Program-made: the position numbers and the translations under genes
Part shown: piece by piece, positions 1-12,034 of the stretch
How the letters are laid out: each line of letters begins with the position of its first letter
Position numbering within the stretch: the stretch's first letter is position 1
The notes under the pieces: generated by a model
What the model was told of the DNA's origin: nothing
The model's input: only the letters and a program-made list of their open reading frames with translations
Databases searched by the model: none
From: Diplonema japonicum
Taxonomy: Eukaryota; Protista; Euglenozoa: Diplonemea
Length of the DNA stretch: 64,000 nt
Reading direction: 5' to 3'
Assembly: GCA_964019335.1 (NCBI GenBank)
Contig: OZ025694.1
Span: 310,001 to 374,000, forward strand

Positions 1-112
1 ACTTAAGCTTGCCGCTTTTGTGCTGAGCAAAAAAACGGAGAATACTGCGTGCATCTCGGCTCGTTGTTTCGGGTTTTGTTAGTTTAGGTAATAATTTAAA
101 GAAAAAAAAAAG

Positions 113-145
<33 letters not shown>

Positions 146-244
146 GGATTTTTCTTTTTCTTCTTTTTTCTTTTATCTCTAGCTGGGGTAGAGTTGGATT
201 AGAAAGCTACAGCTCGGCAGAGGGGTTCTTTTTTTTTTTTTCTT

Positions 245-277
<33 letters not shown>

Positions 278-417
278 CCTATCCATTATCTCTTCTCTCT
301 CGTTCTACAAAACAAACACAACAAAAAAAGGTATTTCTTGCTTTTTATTAACCTTTAAAACCTTCTATTCCATAAACCAGTACGTTCCCATGAACAGGTC
401 AACCCCCCCACCTCCCC

Positions 418-3045
418 ATGTGGTTTAAGTGGTTTCTCACCTCTGTAATATGTTCGATCTCCACGGTGCACGCCCAACGAACCAGAGTAGGGTGCTACAC
501 AGATGCGATTTCAGCCAGAACGCTGTCTCACCTTGAAGGGGCAAGAGAAAGTGATTTAACAGTGAAAGGGTGCTCGGATCGGTGCCAGTCGAAGGGCTAC
601 CGGTTTGCTGGACTGGAAATCGGTAACGAGTGTTTTTGTGGAGACTTCATCTTCGAGGTTTCAAGCCAGGTGCCCGACAACGAGTGCAGCCTGAGGTGCA
701 CCGGAAGCCTTGAAGACACATGTGGAGGGCTGTTCAGGATTGAAATATTTGACCTGTTGCCTGTGCCTGCTCCAGTCACGCCTCCGCCTCAGTACCTCAA
801 ACGGTTAGGCTGTTATAAGGACCGAGACTCCCCCCGTGTGCTCTCTCGTGTTGTTCTGTACCGTGACCCTGCCCTCACGGTGGCAAAATGTGTCTCTGCG
901 TGCCTTTCCCGTGAGGCCCTCTTTGCCGGTGTGGAGTTCGGCAATGAATGCTTCTGCGGCGACGTCCCCACCTCATGGGACTGGGTCCCTGACACGCAGT
1001 GCCGCGAGCCTTGTTCCGGCAGCCCCCAGGACACCTGCGGTGGGTTTTACAAGATTGAGCTCTTCCGCATCGCTGTTGCTCCCGTGCCTGTTGAGGCACC
1101 CGCGCAATCTCCTTACGCTGCACCTCATAGTGCCCCTCTTGATATCCCTCCGCCTCTCGACAGCCTTCCTGCTAGTGTGCCTCTTGACGTACCCATTGAC
1201 AGCCTTCCTGCTGACACCCCTCTTGACGCTGTGCCTTCTGACGGCATCCCTCTCGACGGTGTCCCCGTTGACAGTCCGAGTCTTCCTGTAGTAACCCCTG
1301 ATGACATCACTCCTGATAGTGTCCCTCTAGATGGTGTGCCTCCTGGCAGCATCCCTATTAACAGTCCGCCTCTTGACAGCCTTCCTACTGATGTGCCTTC
1401 TGACAGCGCCCCTCTTGATGGTGAGCCTGAGAGTACCCCTCATGGTGACAGTGCCCCTCATGGCGATAGCGTGCCTGAAAGTACCCCTCATGGTGCGCCC
1501 GACAGTGTCCCTCTTGATGGTGTGCCTGAGAGTACCCCTCATGGCATGCCCAACAGTGCCCCTCGTGGCGATAGCGTGCCTACCCCTCATGGTGTGCCCG
1601 ACAGTGCTCCTCTTGATGGTGTGCCTGAGAGTACCCCTCATGGCGTGCCCGACAGTGCCCCTCTTGACGGTGTGCCTGTTGAGGATCCAAGCGCCCCAGT
1701 GGGAGCGCCTCCTGCGAATGACATGCCGGGTGAACCTGGTGCCACTCCCTTGGTGTCTGGTGACACGGCACCGAACTCAAACCAGGCGCCAGAAACTGCA
1801 GGCCACGTACCTGTGAATACACAGGTCACAAGAGAAGAAAGGATAGCAGCTGCCCAGAGGGCGGTGGCGGAGGAATTGGAAGGGGGTTTGGGGCCTTTTG
1901 GGGATTTGCACACGATGCCAATACTGACGGAGGAGGAAATAGAACATGCAGAGGAAGATCTTAGGCAGTCGGCGTTGATGACGACATTAGTCATTGTGCT
2001 GAACTCGATGATGGGTGGCATGCTGCTTGGGATGGGCACGGGGCCTGACTCGGGTCCTGCCGGCAGCGATGACGGCTACGACGAACACGGAGCTGAGGAT
2101 GCCTACGATGAGCACGGGGCACCCGAGTCTTCGGGCCCCAGCTACCAGGGCACCGCAGACGGCGAGGAGTCGGACTCGCAGGATGAGGAGGGGGACGAGA
2201 CGCTGACTGACGAGATGGTCTTCCCTGTGAGCCAGGGCGACACCATGCTCACCATCACCTCCTTGGTCAGAGTCTTCCTGTTCTGCGCATCGCTTGCCTT
2301 CATGGTGTCGTCAATTGTGAACATCCCGTTCTTCGGGGTGTACTGGCGGTCGTTCTCGTCGCTGCAGGAGGTTCTGGACGAGATCCACGAAGGGGTGCCA
2401 CAGTCAGAACGGTGCTCGGGGAGCAACGAGTTCCTCGCCTGGAACACCGTGTACTGGATTTACATTCTGTACCCGCTTCTGTGCGGGACGTACATTCTGT
2501 ACGTGGTGGCGGTGAACAAGGTGGCGCAGCAGGCGCTTCTCATTGTGGTGCTTTGCGCCATCATCCAGCCCCCTGTGGTGATGTACCAGCACCTGGGGGC
2601 GAAGCTGTACTACGCGGCGAAATACGACGGGATCTGCGAGGGGCTGGAGGCACACAGCGACTGCGACGAGGGACAGCTACAAAATGCGGGGAATGTCCTC
2701 AGGCTCACAGGGATCATCCAAGCTGTCCTCAACCTCTCTGTCTCCCTCCTCCTCTGCTTCCTCCTCGGCTGGCGAGCCATACAGGCCTGGAAGAGCAGGC
2801 AGGAGGACACCCTCTCCGATGTGAGCGAGTTCTCAGCCAACGCCGATGAGATGAACTACGACGACGCTGCTACTGGTGGGACTTTTTCTGTTGCTTCCGA
2901 TGCGTCCACTGATGCGGGTTATGGCAACTTCCGAAGGCGAGCCATGGTCAAAGGAATCCACAGAAGGGAGTCTGTGAAACCTACATTGAGAAGGGACTCC
3001 GCAATCCCTGCGCCCTACAAGAGGACAAGTACGTTCAAGCGCTGA
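418..3045 (+). CDS. Surface membrane protein, paralog 1: signal peptide, 2 WSC domains, Pro/Asp/Ser-rich stalk, about 5 TM helices
   Basis: Two WSC-type Cys patterns (GCY.D...C...C..G..F(A)G.E.G.ECFCG...C...C.G...TCGG). PLDG/PESTPHG repeats follow, then a conserved ELEGGLG.FGDL..MP motif, two YDEHGA motifs, a hydrophobic C-terminal block and a KRTSTFKR end. Confidence 0.9.
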   Translation: MWFKWFLTSVICSISTVHAQRTRVGCYTDAISARTLSHLEGARESDLTVKGCSDRCQSKGYRFAGLEIGNECFCGDFIFEVSSQVPDNECSLRCTGSLEDTCGGLFRIEIFDLLPVPAPVTPPPQYLKRLGCYKDRDSPRVLSRVVLYRDPALTVAKCVSACLSREALFAGVEFGNECFCGDVPTSWDWVPDTQCREPCSGSPQDTCGGFYKIELFRIAVAPVPVEAPAQSPYAAPHSAPLDIPPPLDSLPASVPLDVPIDSLPADTPLDAVPSDGIPLDGVPVDSPSLPVVTPDDITPDSVPLDGVPPGSIPINSPPLDSLPTDVPSDSAPLDGEPESTPHGDSAPHGDSVPESTPHGAPDSVPLDGVPESTPHGMPNSAPRGDSVPTPHGVPDSAPLDGVPESTPHGVPDSAPLDGVPVEDPSAPVGAPPANDMPGEPGATPLVSGDTAPNSNQAPETAGHVPVNTQVTREERIAAAQRAVAEELEGGLGPFGDLHTMPILTEEEIEHAEEDLRQSALMTTLVIVLNSMMGGMLLGMGTGPDSGPAGSDDGYDEHGAEDAYDEHGAPESSGPSYQGTADGEESDSQDEEGDETLTDEMVFPVSQGDTMLTITSLVRVFLFCASLAFMVSSIVNIPFFGVYWRSFSSLQEVLDEIHEGVPQSERCSGSNEFLAWNTVYWIYILYPLLCGTYILYVVAVNKVAQQALLIVVLCAIIQPPVVMYQHLGAKLYYAAKYDGICEGLEAHSDCDEGQLQNAGNVLRLTGIIQAVLNLSVSLLLCFLLGWRAIQAWKSRQEDTLSDVSEFSANADEMNYDDAATGGTFSVASDASTDAGYGNFRRRAMVKGIHRRESVKPTLRRDSAIPAPYKRTSTFKR
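1120..1700 (+). repeat. Imperfect coding repeats (PLDS/PLDG, PESTPHG)
   Basis: Recurrent cctcttga(c/t)ggtgtgcct and gagagtacccctcatgg units. Confidence 0.8.
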
Positions 3046-3331
3046 ATTAGTTTTTTTTTCTGTGACATTTATTTTTACCTCGCAAAAATCTGCAGAAGTA
3101 AATCTAACTCTGCACAAAGGATTTTAAAAAGAAACTCCTCTTCCTCCCTTTTTACTCGTTTTGTCTTTTTTAATATTTAATACCCCCATTGCAATCAAAA
3201 CCCCTCAAGTTTCCTTCATCCCTTTTTTTTTTTTTTTTACACTGACCTCTTTTATCTCTTGCATGGTCAATTATATGAACTGAAGTAATTGTCAACAGTT
3301 TCGATTTTCGTGTTTTTTTTTTTTATATTTA

Positions 3332-4726
3332 TTGGAGCTGGTGGAGGACATGGGCATGGACACAGGCATCCTCAGGGCACTGAAAGGAATGTACGCAGGC
3401 ATGCGAAGACGTTCAGGTACGCAGCAGGCGTGGGGGAGGAGTTCCACACAACCAATGGAATCCTTCAGGGATGCCCGATCTCAGTGGTACTCATCAACGC
3501 GCTGTTGGCGGTACTAATGAAGCAGGTGGAGAACGACACAGGGGTCTGCTCGCTGTCTTACGCGGACGATGCATACCGAGCTGCCTCTACGACTGCCCAT
3601 TCTCACCGCCGAAAACGGGACAAATGGCCACGCTGGTGAAGGAGACCACGTACGCGCTCGGGCACAGCTGAAGGACACCCACGCACTGGAAAAGGAGCCC
3701 TACAAGCACTACATCAGGGACCGACTCAGGCGGGCGGAAGCACAGGAAATCATGAGCAAACAGAGCACCATGGCGGGCATGGAAGCGAGGAAGCAAGAAG
3801 CGAAGCAAGCCGAACCCACGACGGCACACTGCGACATCTGCGGTCAGGAGCAACAGCTGCCCAACATGCTGGAGCACGCACTGTGGGAGTGTGGAAAGGC
3901 CAAAGAAGTGCAACGACGGGAGGAGCACGAAGGAATGACGCGCACGGGGCTGGAACCGTGTACGAAGCTGCATGGCATCCTGCCAAGGGGAGCAGGGAAG
4001 GATGTCAGGGAAAGGCTCGAAGGAACGCAGAGGTACCTGCTGGCGGTGGTGGGGGAGCGGGACGCAGCCCTGCAAGCGAAGAGGCAAGAGGTGTGCCACA
4101 CACACCAGTGGCTGGAGATCACGCAAGGACAAGAACACCCAGTACCATCGGACAAGGACTTCGGCAAGCTACCGGCAGGGGATGTCCTACGGGAGTACAC
4201 GAAGGAGGTGCTGAGGTGGATGCGGCAACTGCGCTGGTATGCAGGCAGCAGGAACACGTCAATGTCGACGGTGGAGCTGGCACTGGATTTCGAGAACGTG
4301 ACCGGGAAGACCCTGGGAGGGAAGCTGGGGGATCTCGCAGAAGTACAGCAGAAAGCGAGGAGATTGCATGGATTGATGAAGAAGATCTGGCACACATGGG
4401 AGCTAGGAAGGGTACTGAAGAAGGTGAAAGGAAGGAGGGCCTTCCCAGCTGAGCCGAGCACAAGGGTGCACACACTACGATCCATCGGGAGGACAAAGGC
4501 GGTGATCGGATGGAACAGGAGGGCGATATTTGCATCACCGAAGACCAAGCATGACCTAGAGGCGTTGAAAGGACAATGGGCAAGAGAACGAAGAGAAAGA
4601 GCGGCCAGGCTGGGGAGAAGGCCGGCAAGACCACCAAAGGAGGAGAAACCGCTGCTGAAAGGGGATAGGTGCAGGTAGAGGATGAGAACAAGGGGGCGTC
4701 TCACAAAGACTTCCTTTGACTCATAT
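3332..4726 (+). mobile_element. Non-LTR retrotransposon (LINE) relic A: partial RT, CCHC knuckle and 3' end; frameshifted and internally deleted
   Basis: GILQGCPISVVLIN and SYADDAY RT motifs; CDICG...LEHALWEC; VELALDFE; 3' tail shared with 22621-22714 and 44238-44303. Confidence 0.9.
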
Positions 4727-5389
4727 ATTTATTTTTATTTTTTGCTGTTGACAAGTGCCGCATAATTGACCGTATTTCTTTTTATTCTTCTTTTTTCTTT
4801 TGTGATAAAAAAAGAAAAAAAAAAGAAGAGAGAAAAAATACATGTGCAATTTATTTCCGTTTTGATGATCAGCAACTTAAGTTTATTATCACTTTTAATC
4901 ACTTTCTTTTGCCCCCCTTTTTTTGTTGTCTCTCTTTGTGCCAAGAACAAGTCTATGACTGTCCAAGCCAGCACGCACAAAGAACCTTCCTTCAATAAAG
5001 GGGGCTGTGTGACGTTCTGCAGGCACAAAGAACAATGTCTAAATAGACCCTAGGTATTTTATCTCGAACTTTTGGGGTCTAGTTACGATTGTTTTTTTTT
5101 TTTTTTTTAGAGCAAGCTACTTTTTATTTTATTTTTTTTAACAATATTAATTGACCAGCGTAATGAGCTATTTTATTAGGTAAAATTCCGCTCGTGCGCA
5201 CAAACAGCCCCCACCACCAAAAAAAACCTAAATTCTCCTCTTTTTAGTGAACGCGATATCTCTTTTTGTTGTAACTTTCACCCACTTCTGTCTTTTCTTT
5301 TTTTTTTTTTTACCTTTTCTAATTCTGTTGACAAACGGGTGAGCAACTTCACCTTTACAAGAAGGAGCAGTGCCTTCTCTGCACAGCTG

Positions 5390-5423
<34 letters not shown>

Positions 5424-6528
5424 AAAATAAATAAATAAAATACACCCCGCAGAATAAACGACAGGTCTTCCTCTCCTGTCATTTTAAAAAAATAAACTTT
5501 TCAATTAAATTAGGCACCAGACAGCAACCGCAGAACGGTGACCAATTAGTGTGGATTTCTCTCTGAACGGTGAGCACCCACCCGCACACCGAAATTTATC
5601 AAATTTCACTTTGTTTGGTTAAACCTTTGTTTAACATTATTTTAAGAATTTGAGAGGTCTAAAACCCGGGAAAAAGTGACAATGAGGAATGCCTGGCTCC
5701 ACGCTGTGATCTTCAGGAGCCCGAAACACCGACAAGTAGTTTTCCCCACTTTTTTTTGCTTCTTTCCCCCCCCTTACCAAACAGGGTATTGAGTCAAAAA
5801 ATCAAAAGGTCAAAAGCCAGCTCAGGGCCTGAATGCCTCCAGAGGTCACTTCTCCATGAAACACTTTGTATGGTTAAATTTCTTTTTTTGAGTTTTTTGG
5901 ACTTAGTGGTCGGAAAAAAAAAAAAAAAAAAAAAAAAAAAGAAAAAAGAAGAAATTAAACACCTCATCTCAATAAGAGGCCCCTTGGGGCTTACTACTAG
6001 AAACCCAGAGCTTTTCATGGGCAGGCATTACAACGTTCTTACAGTTATCTTTTTAATCAACCATTTTGGCCAAGCAAACGAGCAGGAAGAAATGGAAGAA
6101 AAAAAAGTTTTTTTTTTCTTTCCTGAATAATTTCTTTCTTTTTAAATCACACGCTACTTCTTGAATGCTGCCTTACAGACAAGCAGACGCAAGTAGCGTT
6201 GCTGAATTTTTTTTTTTTTTAGGGGGAAAGGGGGGGAGAAGAAATAAGAAAAAGAAAGAAAAAAAAAGAACAGCAAAAAAAACCTGAATACAGCCTCCCT
6301 TGGTTATCAGTAAGGCGCCAAGGCCAAATTGCCTTTCAACGAAACGCCTTTAAAAGAAAGGAATAAAGAGGTAGGCTCTCTCAACAATGAGTGCACTACC
6401 CCACAAACCGAAATTATTTTGGGGAAAAAAAAAAAAAAAGATGTGCTTTTTCATATTTTTTAAATTTTTATTTATTTATGATATTTCTCATTATCTTCTT
6501 TTTTTTTTTTTCCCCAAGGTGAGCAACG

Positions 6529-6561
<33 letters not shown>

Positions 6562-7157
6562 ACCAAGACATCTCACAGCTTCCTTTTTTAGAACTCCTTG
6601 TGCTGGGGTGGCGTTTTTTTTACACTTTACGATCTGCCCCATATTATTATCACCCCTGAAGTCCCTTTTTTTTTTCTTGTGTGCATTTTTTGTGCATCCC
6701 GTGCTACTCTCGTCTATGGCGGATTCTTGAAGTGCCCCACTGGTATCTTGTTTCCCCGAGATTACAGGAACCAGGTCTTCTCGTGGCCCTCTGTGGCCGA
6801 GAGACCTCGTTGCTTATGCAGGCGGCTTCTATGACTACTCCAGTAGGGGTCTCCCCGATGTTGATTTTAGAACGATCCATGGGTGCCTTAAAAGAATTAA
6901 ACGGGAACTAAAAAAAAACGGAGTTCAAAAGACAGTCGGAGAAAGCTCTCGGTACAGCTACATTAATATCTTTTTTTTGCGGTATTTACTATATATGGGT
7001 TATAATATCTTTACTAGGGTTAAAGGTGTGTATCCGTACCCCCCTTTTTTTAAACGGCCTTTTTATTTTCGTCTCCTCCCATCTTCCCCCCATCCTCGAA
7101 TTATTTATCGCATCAAGGGGGGCTCACCCCTCTGGGAAACAACAAAAAAGAACAACA

Positions 7158-10100
7158 ATGAAACTGCAACGAGTCGCCATGATGTTCCTCCTGCTGATCA
7201 TCTGCGGGCGTGCCCAAGTGACGGAAAGGGCGGGGTGCTACACCGACGCGCTAACAAGAACGCTTGAGTTCTTTGTAGGGAACTTCGACACCACGCTCAC
7301 GGTGGATCTGTGTGCGAATGAGTGCCGTGGCAGAGGCTACAGGTTCAGTGGTGTGGAAGTGGGGAGGGAGTGCTTCTGTGGCCATCAGATAAAAACGTAT
7401 GCAGACCTAGTAAGCGATTCTAGCTGTAACAGCAAGTGCAAGGGCGACACCTCTGACACGTGTGGGGGTTACTTCTTCGTCGAGATCTTTGACTTGTCTC
7501 CGCCTGTCTCTCCCGCCCCCGCCACACCAGGCCCTGACTACATAGCTCCTCGTCTTGGGTGTTTTGTAGATGCTGCCGCGCCCTCGCGTGTGCTGCCCAG
7601 CTTCCAGTTCACCACGACCTCGCTCACTGTCCCGCAATGCGTCGAGCAGTGCCTGGACAGGAACTACGCCTACGCTGGTGTCGAGGCAGGGAGGGAGTGC
7701 TTCTGTGGGAACACCGCCCCTGCGAGCACTGTGCCCAACCACGAGTGCGACGCCGCGTGCGGTGGCAACGACCTCGACACATGTGGGGGGCATTTTCGCA
7801 TCGAGATCTTTAGAGTGCATGACGACACTCCAGCGCCTCCAACTCCTGCTCCACCGCCACCCGACACACCTACACCTACTGATACGGGTGAAGTGACAGA
7901 AACACCTACTCATACGGATGGACTGACAGCAACATCTACTCATACGTCCGAGCTGACAGAAACACCTACGCAAACGGGTGAGCTGACAGAAACATCTACT
8001 CATACATCTGAGTTGACAGAAACATCTACTCAAACAGCCGAGTTGACGGAAACACCAACTCATACATCTGAGCTCACAGAAACAACTACTCAAACAGCCG
8101 AAGTGACGGAAACACCAACTCATACGTTCGAGCTGACAGAAACAGTTACTCAAACAGCCGAGTTGACAAAAACACCAACTCATACATCTACTCATACGTC
8201 TGAGCTGACAGAAACAACTACTCAAACAGCCGAGCTGACGGAAACACCAACTCATACACCTGAGTTGACAGAAGCATCTACTCAAACAGCCGAGTTGACG
8301 GAAACACCAACTCATACGTCTGAGCTGACAGAAACATCTACCCTGACGGGCGAGCTGACAGAAACACCAACTCATACATCTGAGCTGACAGAAACAACTA
8401 CTCAAACAGCCGAGCTGACGGAAACACCAACTCATACGTCTGAGCTGACAGAAACAGTTACTCAAACAGCCGAGTTGACAGAAACGGCCACTCATACGTC
8501 TGAGCTGACGGAAACAACTACTCAAACAGCCGAGCTGACGGAAACACCAACTCATACACGTACGTCTGAGCTGACGGTAACACCTACTCAAACAGCCAGG
8601 TTGACGGAAACACCAACTCATACGGCCGAGCTGACAGAAACGGCCACCCATACATCTGAGCTGACGGAAACACCAACTCATACGGCCCAGCTGACAGAAA
8701 CATCTACTCATACATCTGAGCTGACAGAAGCATCTACCCTGACGGGTGAGCTGACGGAAACACCAACTCATACGTCTGAGCTGACAGAAATACCTACTCA
8801 AACAGGTGAGCTGACAGAAACAGCCACTCATACGTCCGGGCTGACGGAAACACCAACTCATACATCTGAGCTGACAGAAACATCTACCCTGACGGGTGAG
8901 CTGACGGAAACACCAACTCATACGTCCGAGCTGACAGAAACACCTACTCATACGGCTGTGCTGACAGAAACAGCTACCCATACGTCTGAGCTTACAGAAA
9001 CACCAACTCAAACTGCTGTGCTGGCAAGAATACCTACTCAAACAGGTGAGCTGACAGAGACACTTACTCATACGCCTGAACTGGAAACACCTATTCCAAC
9101 GGCTAAGCCAACAGAGGCACCTACAGCAGCACCCACCACACCTTTACCTAAAGAGGACAAATCGATGGCTGTACGACAGAAGGAAGTAGCCATCGAGTTA
9201 GAAGGTGGTTTGGGTGCCTTCGGCGATTTGTCACATATGCCTCCTTTGACGGAGGAGGAGATGAAGGAGGCTAAGGAGATCTTAGGACAAGCTGCGGCGG
9301 CGGCTGCAGCGGCCGTAGCAGTGAACTCTGTGATGGGTGCCATGCTGCTTGGGATGGGCGGCGATTCCGATGGTGGAGGTGGCGGTGGTGGTGACGGCTA
9401 CGACGAACACGGAGCTGAGGGTGGCGAGTATGACGAGCACGGAGCTCCTGAGTCCGAGTCGCAGTCGGAGTCCCGGTCAGAGTCCCAATTTAGAACATTT
9501 GAGTCAGCGTCGCAGGGGACTCGCAACACGGATACAGGCGAAGGCATCGTTAGTTCAGCTGAGTACGAGCAGACTCCCACAGTGTCCCGTGTGACGCGTG
9601 TCTACCTGTTCTGCGCATCGCTTGCCTTCATGGTGTCGTCAATTGTGAACATCCCGTTCTTCGGGGTGTACTGGCAATCGTTCTCGTCGCTGCAAGAGAT
9701 TCTGGACGAGATCCACGAAAGGGTGCCACAGTCAGAACGGTGCTCGGGGAGCAACGAGTTCCTCGCCTGGAACACCGTGTACTGGATTTACATTCTGTAC
9801 CCGCTTCTGTGCGGGACGTACATTCTGTACGTGGTGGCGGTGAACAAGGTGGCGCAGCAGGCGCTTCTCATTGTGGTGCTTTGCGCCATCATCCAGCCCC
9901 CTGTGGTGATGTACCAGCACCTGGGGGCGAAGCTGTACTACGCGGCGAAATACGACGGGATCTGCGAGGGGCTGGAGGCACACAGCGACTGCGACGAGGG
10001 ACAGCTACAAAATGCGGGGAATGTCCTCAGGCTCACAGGGATCATCCAAGCTGTCCTCAACCTCTCTGTCTCCCTCCTCCTCTGCTTCCTCCTCGGCTGG

Positions 10101-10352
10101 CGAGCCATACAGGCCTGGAAGAGCAGGCAGGAGGACACCCTCTCCGATGTGAGCGAGTTCTCAGCCAACGCCGATGAGATGAACTACGACGAGGCACCGT
10201 GGGGGGAGACCTTTAATAGGGGTTCTAGCTCAGGCGATTTTAGAACACGCGCATCTGTAAGCGATCTTCACCGCAAGGCCTCTGGGTCCATGTCACGGAA
10301 GGACTCAAAGGTCCCTTCTTCCTTTAAACGAACGAGCACCTACAAGCGCTAG
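7158..10352 (+). CDS. WSC-stalk-multiTM surface protein, paralog 2 (Thr/Glu-rich TETPTHTSEL stalk)
   Basis: The track ORF 7026..10352 starts at GTG. The first ATG (7158, MKLQRVAMMFLLLIICGRA) gives a signal peptide. Domain order matches paralog 1. Confidence 0.9.
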   Translation: MKLQRVAMMFLLLIICGRAQVTERAGCYTDALTRTLEFFVGNFDTTLTVDLCANECRGRGYRFSGVEVGRECFCGHQIKTYADLVSDSSCNSKCKGDTSDTCGGYFFVEIFDLSPPVSPAPATPGPDYIAPRLGCFVDAAAPSRVLPSFQFTTTSLTVPQCVEQCLDRNYAYAGVEAGRECFCGNTAPASTVPNHECDAACGGNDLDTCGGHFRIEIFRVHDDTPAPPTPAPPPPDTPTPTDTGEVTETPTHTDGLTATSTHTSELTETPTQTGELTETSTHTSELTETSTQTAELTETPTHTSELTETTTQTAEVTETPTHTFELTETVTQTAELTKTPTHTSTHTSELTETTTQTAELTETPTHTPELTEASTQTAELTETPTHTSELTETSTLTGELTETPTHTSELTETTTQTAELTETPTHTSELTETVTQTAELTETATHTSELTETTTQTAELTETPTHTRTSELTVTPTQTARLTETPTHTAELTETATHTSELTETPTHTAQLTETSTHTSELTEASTLTGELTETPTHTSELTEIPTQTGELTETATHTSGLTETPTHTSELTETSTLTGELTETPTHTSELTETPTHTAVLTETATHTSELTETPTQTAVLARIPTQTGELTETLTHTPELETPIPTAKPTEAPTAAPTTPLPKEDKSMAVRQKEVAIELEGGLGAFGDLSHMPPLTEEEMKEAKEILGQAAAAAAAAVAVNSVMGAMLLGMGGDSDGGGGGGGDGYDEHGAEGGEYDEHGAPESESQSESRSESQFRTFESASQGTRNTDTGEGIVSSAEYEQTPTVSRVTRVYLFCASLAFMVSSIVNIPFFGVYWQSFSSLQEILDEIHERVPQSERCSGSNEFLAWNTVYWIYILYPLLCGTYILYVVAVNKVAQQALLIVVLCAIIQPPVVMYQHLGAKLYYAAKYDGICEGLEAHSDCDEGQLQNAGNVLRLTGIIQAVLNLSVSLLLCFLLGWRAIQAWKSRQEDTLSDVSEFSANADEMNYDEAPWGETFNRGSSSGDFRTRASVSDLHRKASGSMSRKDSKVPSSFKRTSTYKR
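7880..9085 (+). repeat. 30-bp coding minisatellite (TETPTHTSEL)
   Basis: gagctgac(a/g)gaaacaccaactcatac... units. Confidence 0.95.
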
Positions 10353-10664
10353 GTAGCTTTTTAGAGTTTTATGTGCTAAATAGACACACTAACTACTAAA
10401 CGCTACTCTTTGTGCTAGTAGCGTAGTCATAAAAGAGGTTTTATTTCTCAAAAAAAGAAGAAGAAGAAGAAGTCGATAATATTCACTTCATACCAAAATG
10501 AGTTTGGTTCTAGGGGACCCCGAGAGGCTGATCGGGGCTGTAAATAAATAACTGTGAAAAGAATAGTCATTTCACTTGCTGTTTATTTGCCTCCATCCTG
10601 TTGTCAGTGATATGGGCCCAAAAAACCGGTTTTAGGTATTATGTGCATTCCTCCCCCCCCCCCA

Positions 10665-10876
10665 GGGCTATACTGGCAAGAAACGGGGAAACGTTTCCGT
10701 TTCATTATTTTTCACCCCCCTAACCCACCCAAGGGCGGCCCTCCATGAGGGGGTTTGTCCTGCACTTTGAGTTTTTCAGATACTTTAGGAAACAGCCCCA
10801 AAAGTAAGGAAACGTTTCCGTTTCTGTTTCCCTATTTTCGAAAAAGAAAACTCGGAAACGCGTTCCAGCATAGCCC
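10665..10876. mobile_element. MITE-like element with GGGCTAT(A/G)CTGG TIRs and internal GGAAACG repeats
   Basis: gggctatactgg ... ccagcatagccc. The related right end at 19042-19056 (cttgccagcatagcc) extends the match to 15 bp. Confidence 0.6.
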
Positions 10877-11137
10877 CCCCCCCCCCCCGCAAAAAAGGGG
10901 CTCCCGTTGCTTCTAAGCTGAGATTATTATCCGCCATATTGTACTTGCGAAATAGCGGCAAGTACTATAAGCTGTGCAGCGAGCTATAAGCACGAAAATA
11001 TGTTATGTTTCTTTTTTTGAATGAGGGAGAAAGATAAAAAAAAATAGGATGTGGTGGAAAAAAAAAAAAAAAGCAAAAGCCGCGCCTTTTCGATTTTTCT
11101 CTTTTTTTTTTTTTTTCTCTCTCGTTTTTTTTTTTTT

Positions 11138-11549
11138 GAGTTAGCCCTAGACTTTGAAGCAACGACACGAAGATCGCTGGGAGTGACGCAGGAGGAAAAG
11201 GCGCGAAGGATCAAGAAACTGATCCAAAAGGTGAACGACAGGTGCGCATTGCAAGGAATGAAAAAGCCTTTCCCGGCGAAGAACAAAACGAGAGTGAAGT
11301 CCCTCATGGCAATAGGAGGGAAGGCGGCGATAGGCTTTGCAAGGAGACCGATCTTCGCCTCAGGAGAAACCCAGGACAGGCTAAAAGAGCTGAAGACCAA
11401 CCTGAAGAAGGACCGCATCAACCGTCTGCGAAAGACACTGGTATCCGCCATCGGAACGAAAGCGAGGCTCCAAAAAGGAAGCATCAAGAGATAGACCCCC
11501 ACCCCCCCTAAGGGTGGTCCTCGAGTGGGATTTGCCCTTAAACATCGCC
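11138..11549 (+). mobile_element. LINE relic B, 3' end only
   Basis: ELALDFE...RVKSLMAIGGKAAIGFARRPIFAS; close match to 59700-60111. Confidence 0.85.
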
Positions 11550-12034
11550 TTTTTTTTGGCATTGGCTGCAGTAAAAAAAAGCGGCCCTTACGTAATACCT
11601 TTTGGTTTTAAAAGGTCCAAATTCTTTTTTTTTTCCTCTTTTTTTTACTCGGCCGCGGTGCGCCCCCTGTAATCAAGTTGCAGGGCGCCGCCAACACCGG
11701 CTCCTTTAAGTCATCTATATATATATATCTTTAACAAGTGCGATAGGAATTGATAATAAATTTGCATTCCTAACCGCATTCACATTTTGGCCTGCAAATT
11801 CTTTCTTTTTAATTTTTCATGACTAAGGTGCATGTAGCCGCAGGTAAGAACCCCCCAAATAAAAAAAAAAAGAAACAACTGCATTTAGAGACGACCAGTA
11901 TTTATTTTGTTATATTTCCAACCCTTTTGAAATTAAAGAACCGGGGGGGGGGGGGGGGGGGGGTCGCCTCGAAACAATCCGAAAAAAAAAACACCTTTCT
12001 TTTTTTTTCTTTTTTTCTTTTTAACAAAAACAAT

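Noticed and set aside
3569-4678. 369-aa ORF (and 21018..22430) as host genes
   Set aside because: C-terminal portions of broken LINE ORFs.
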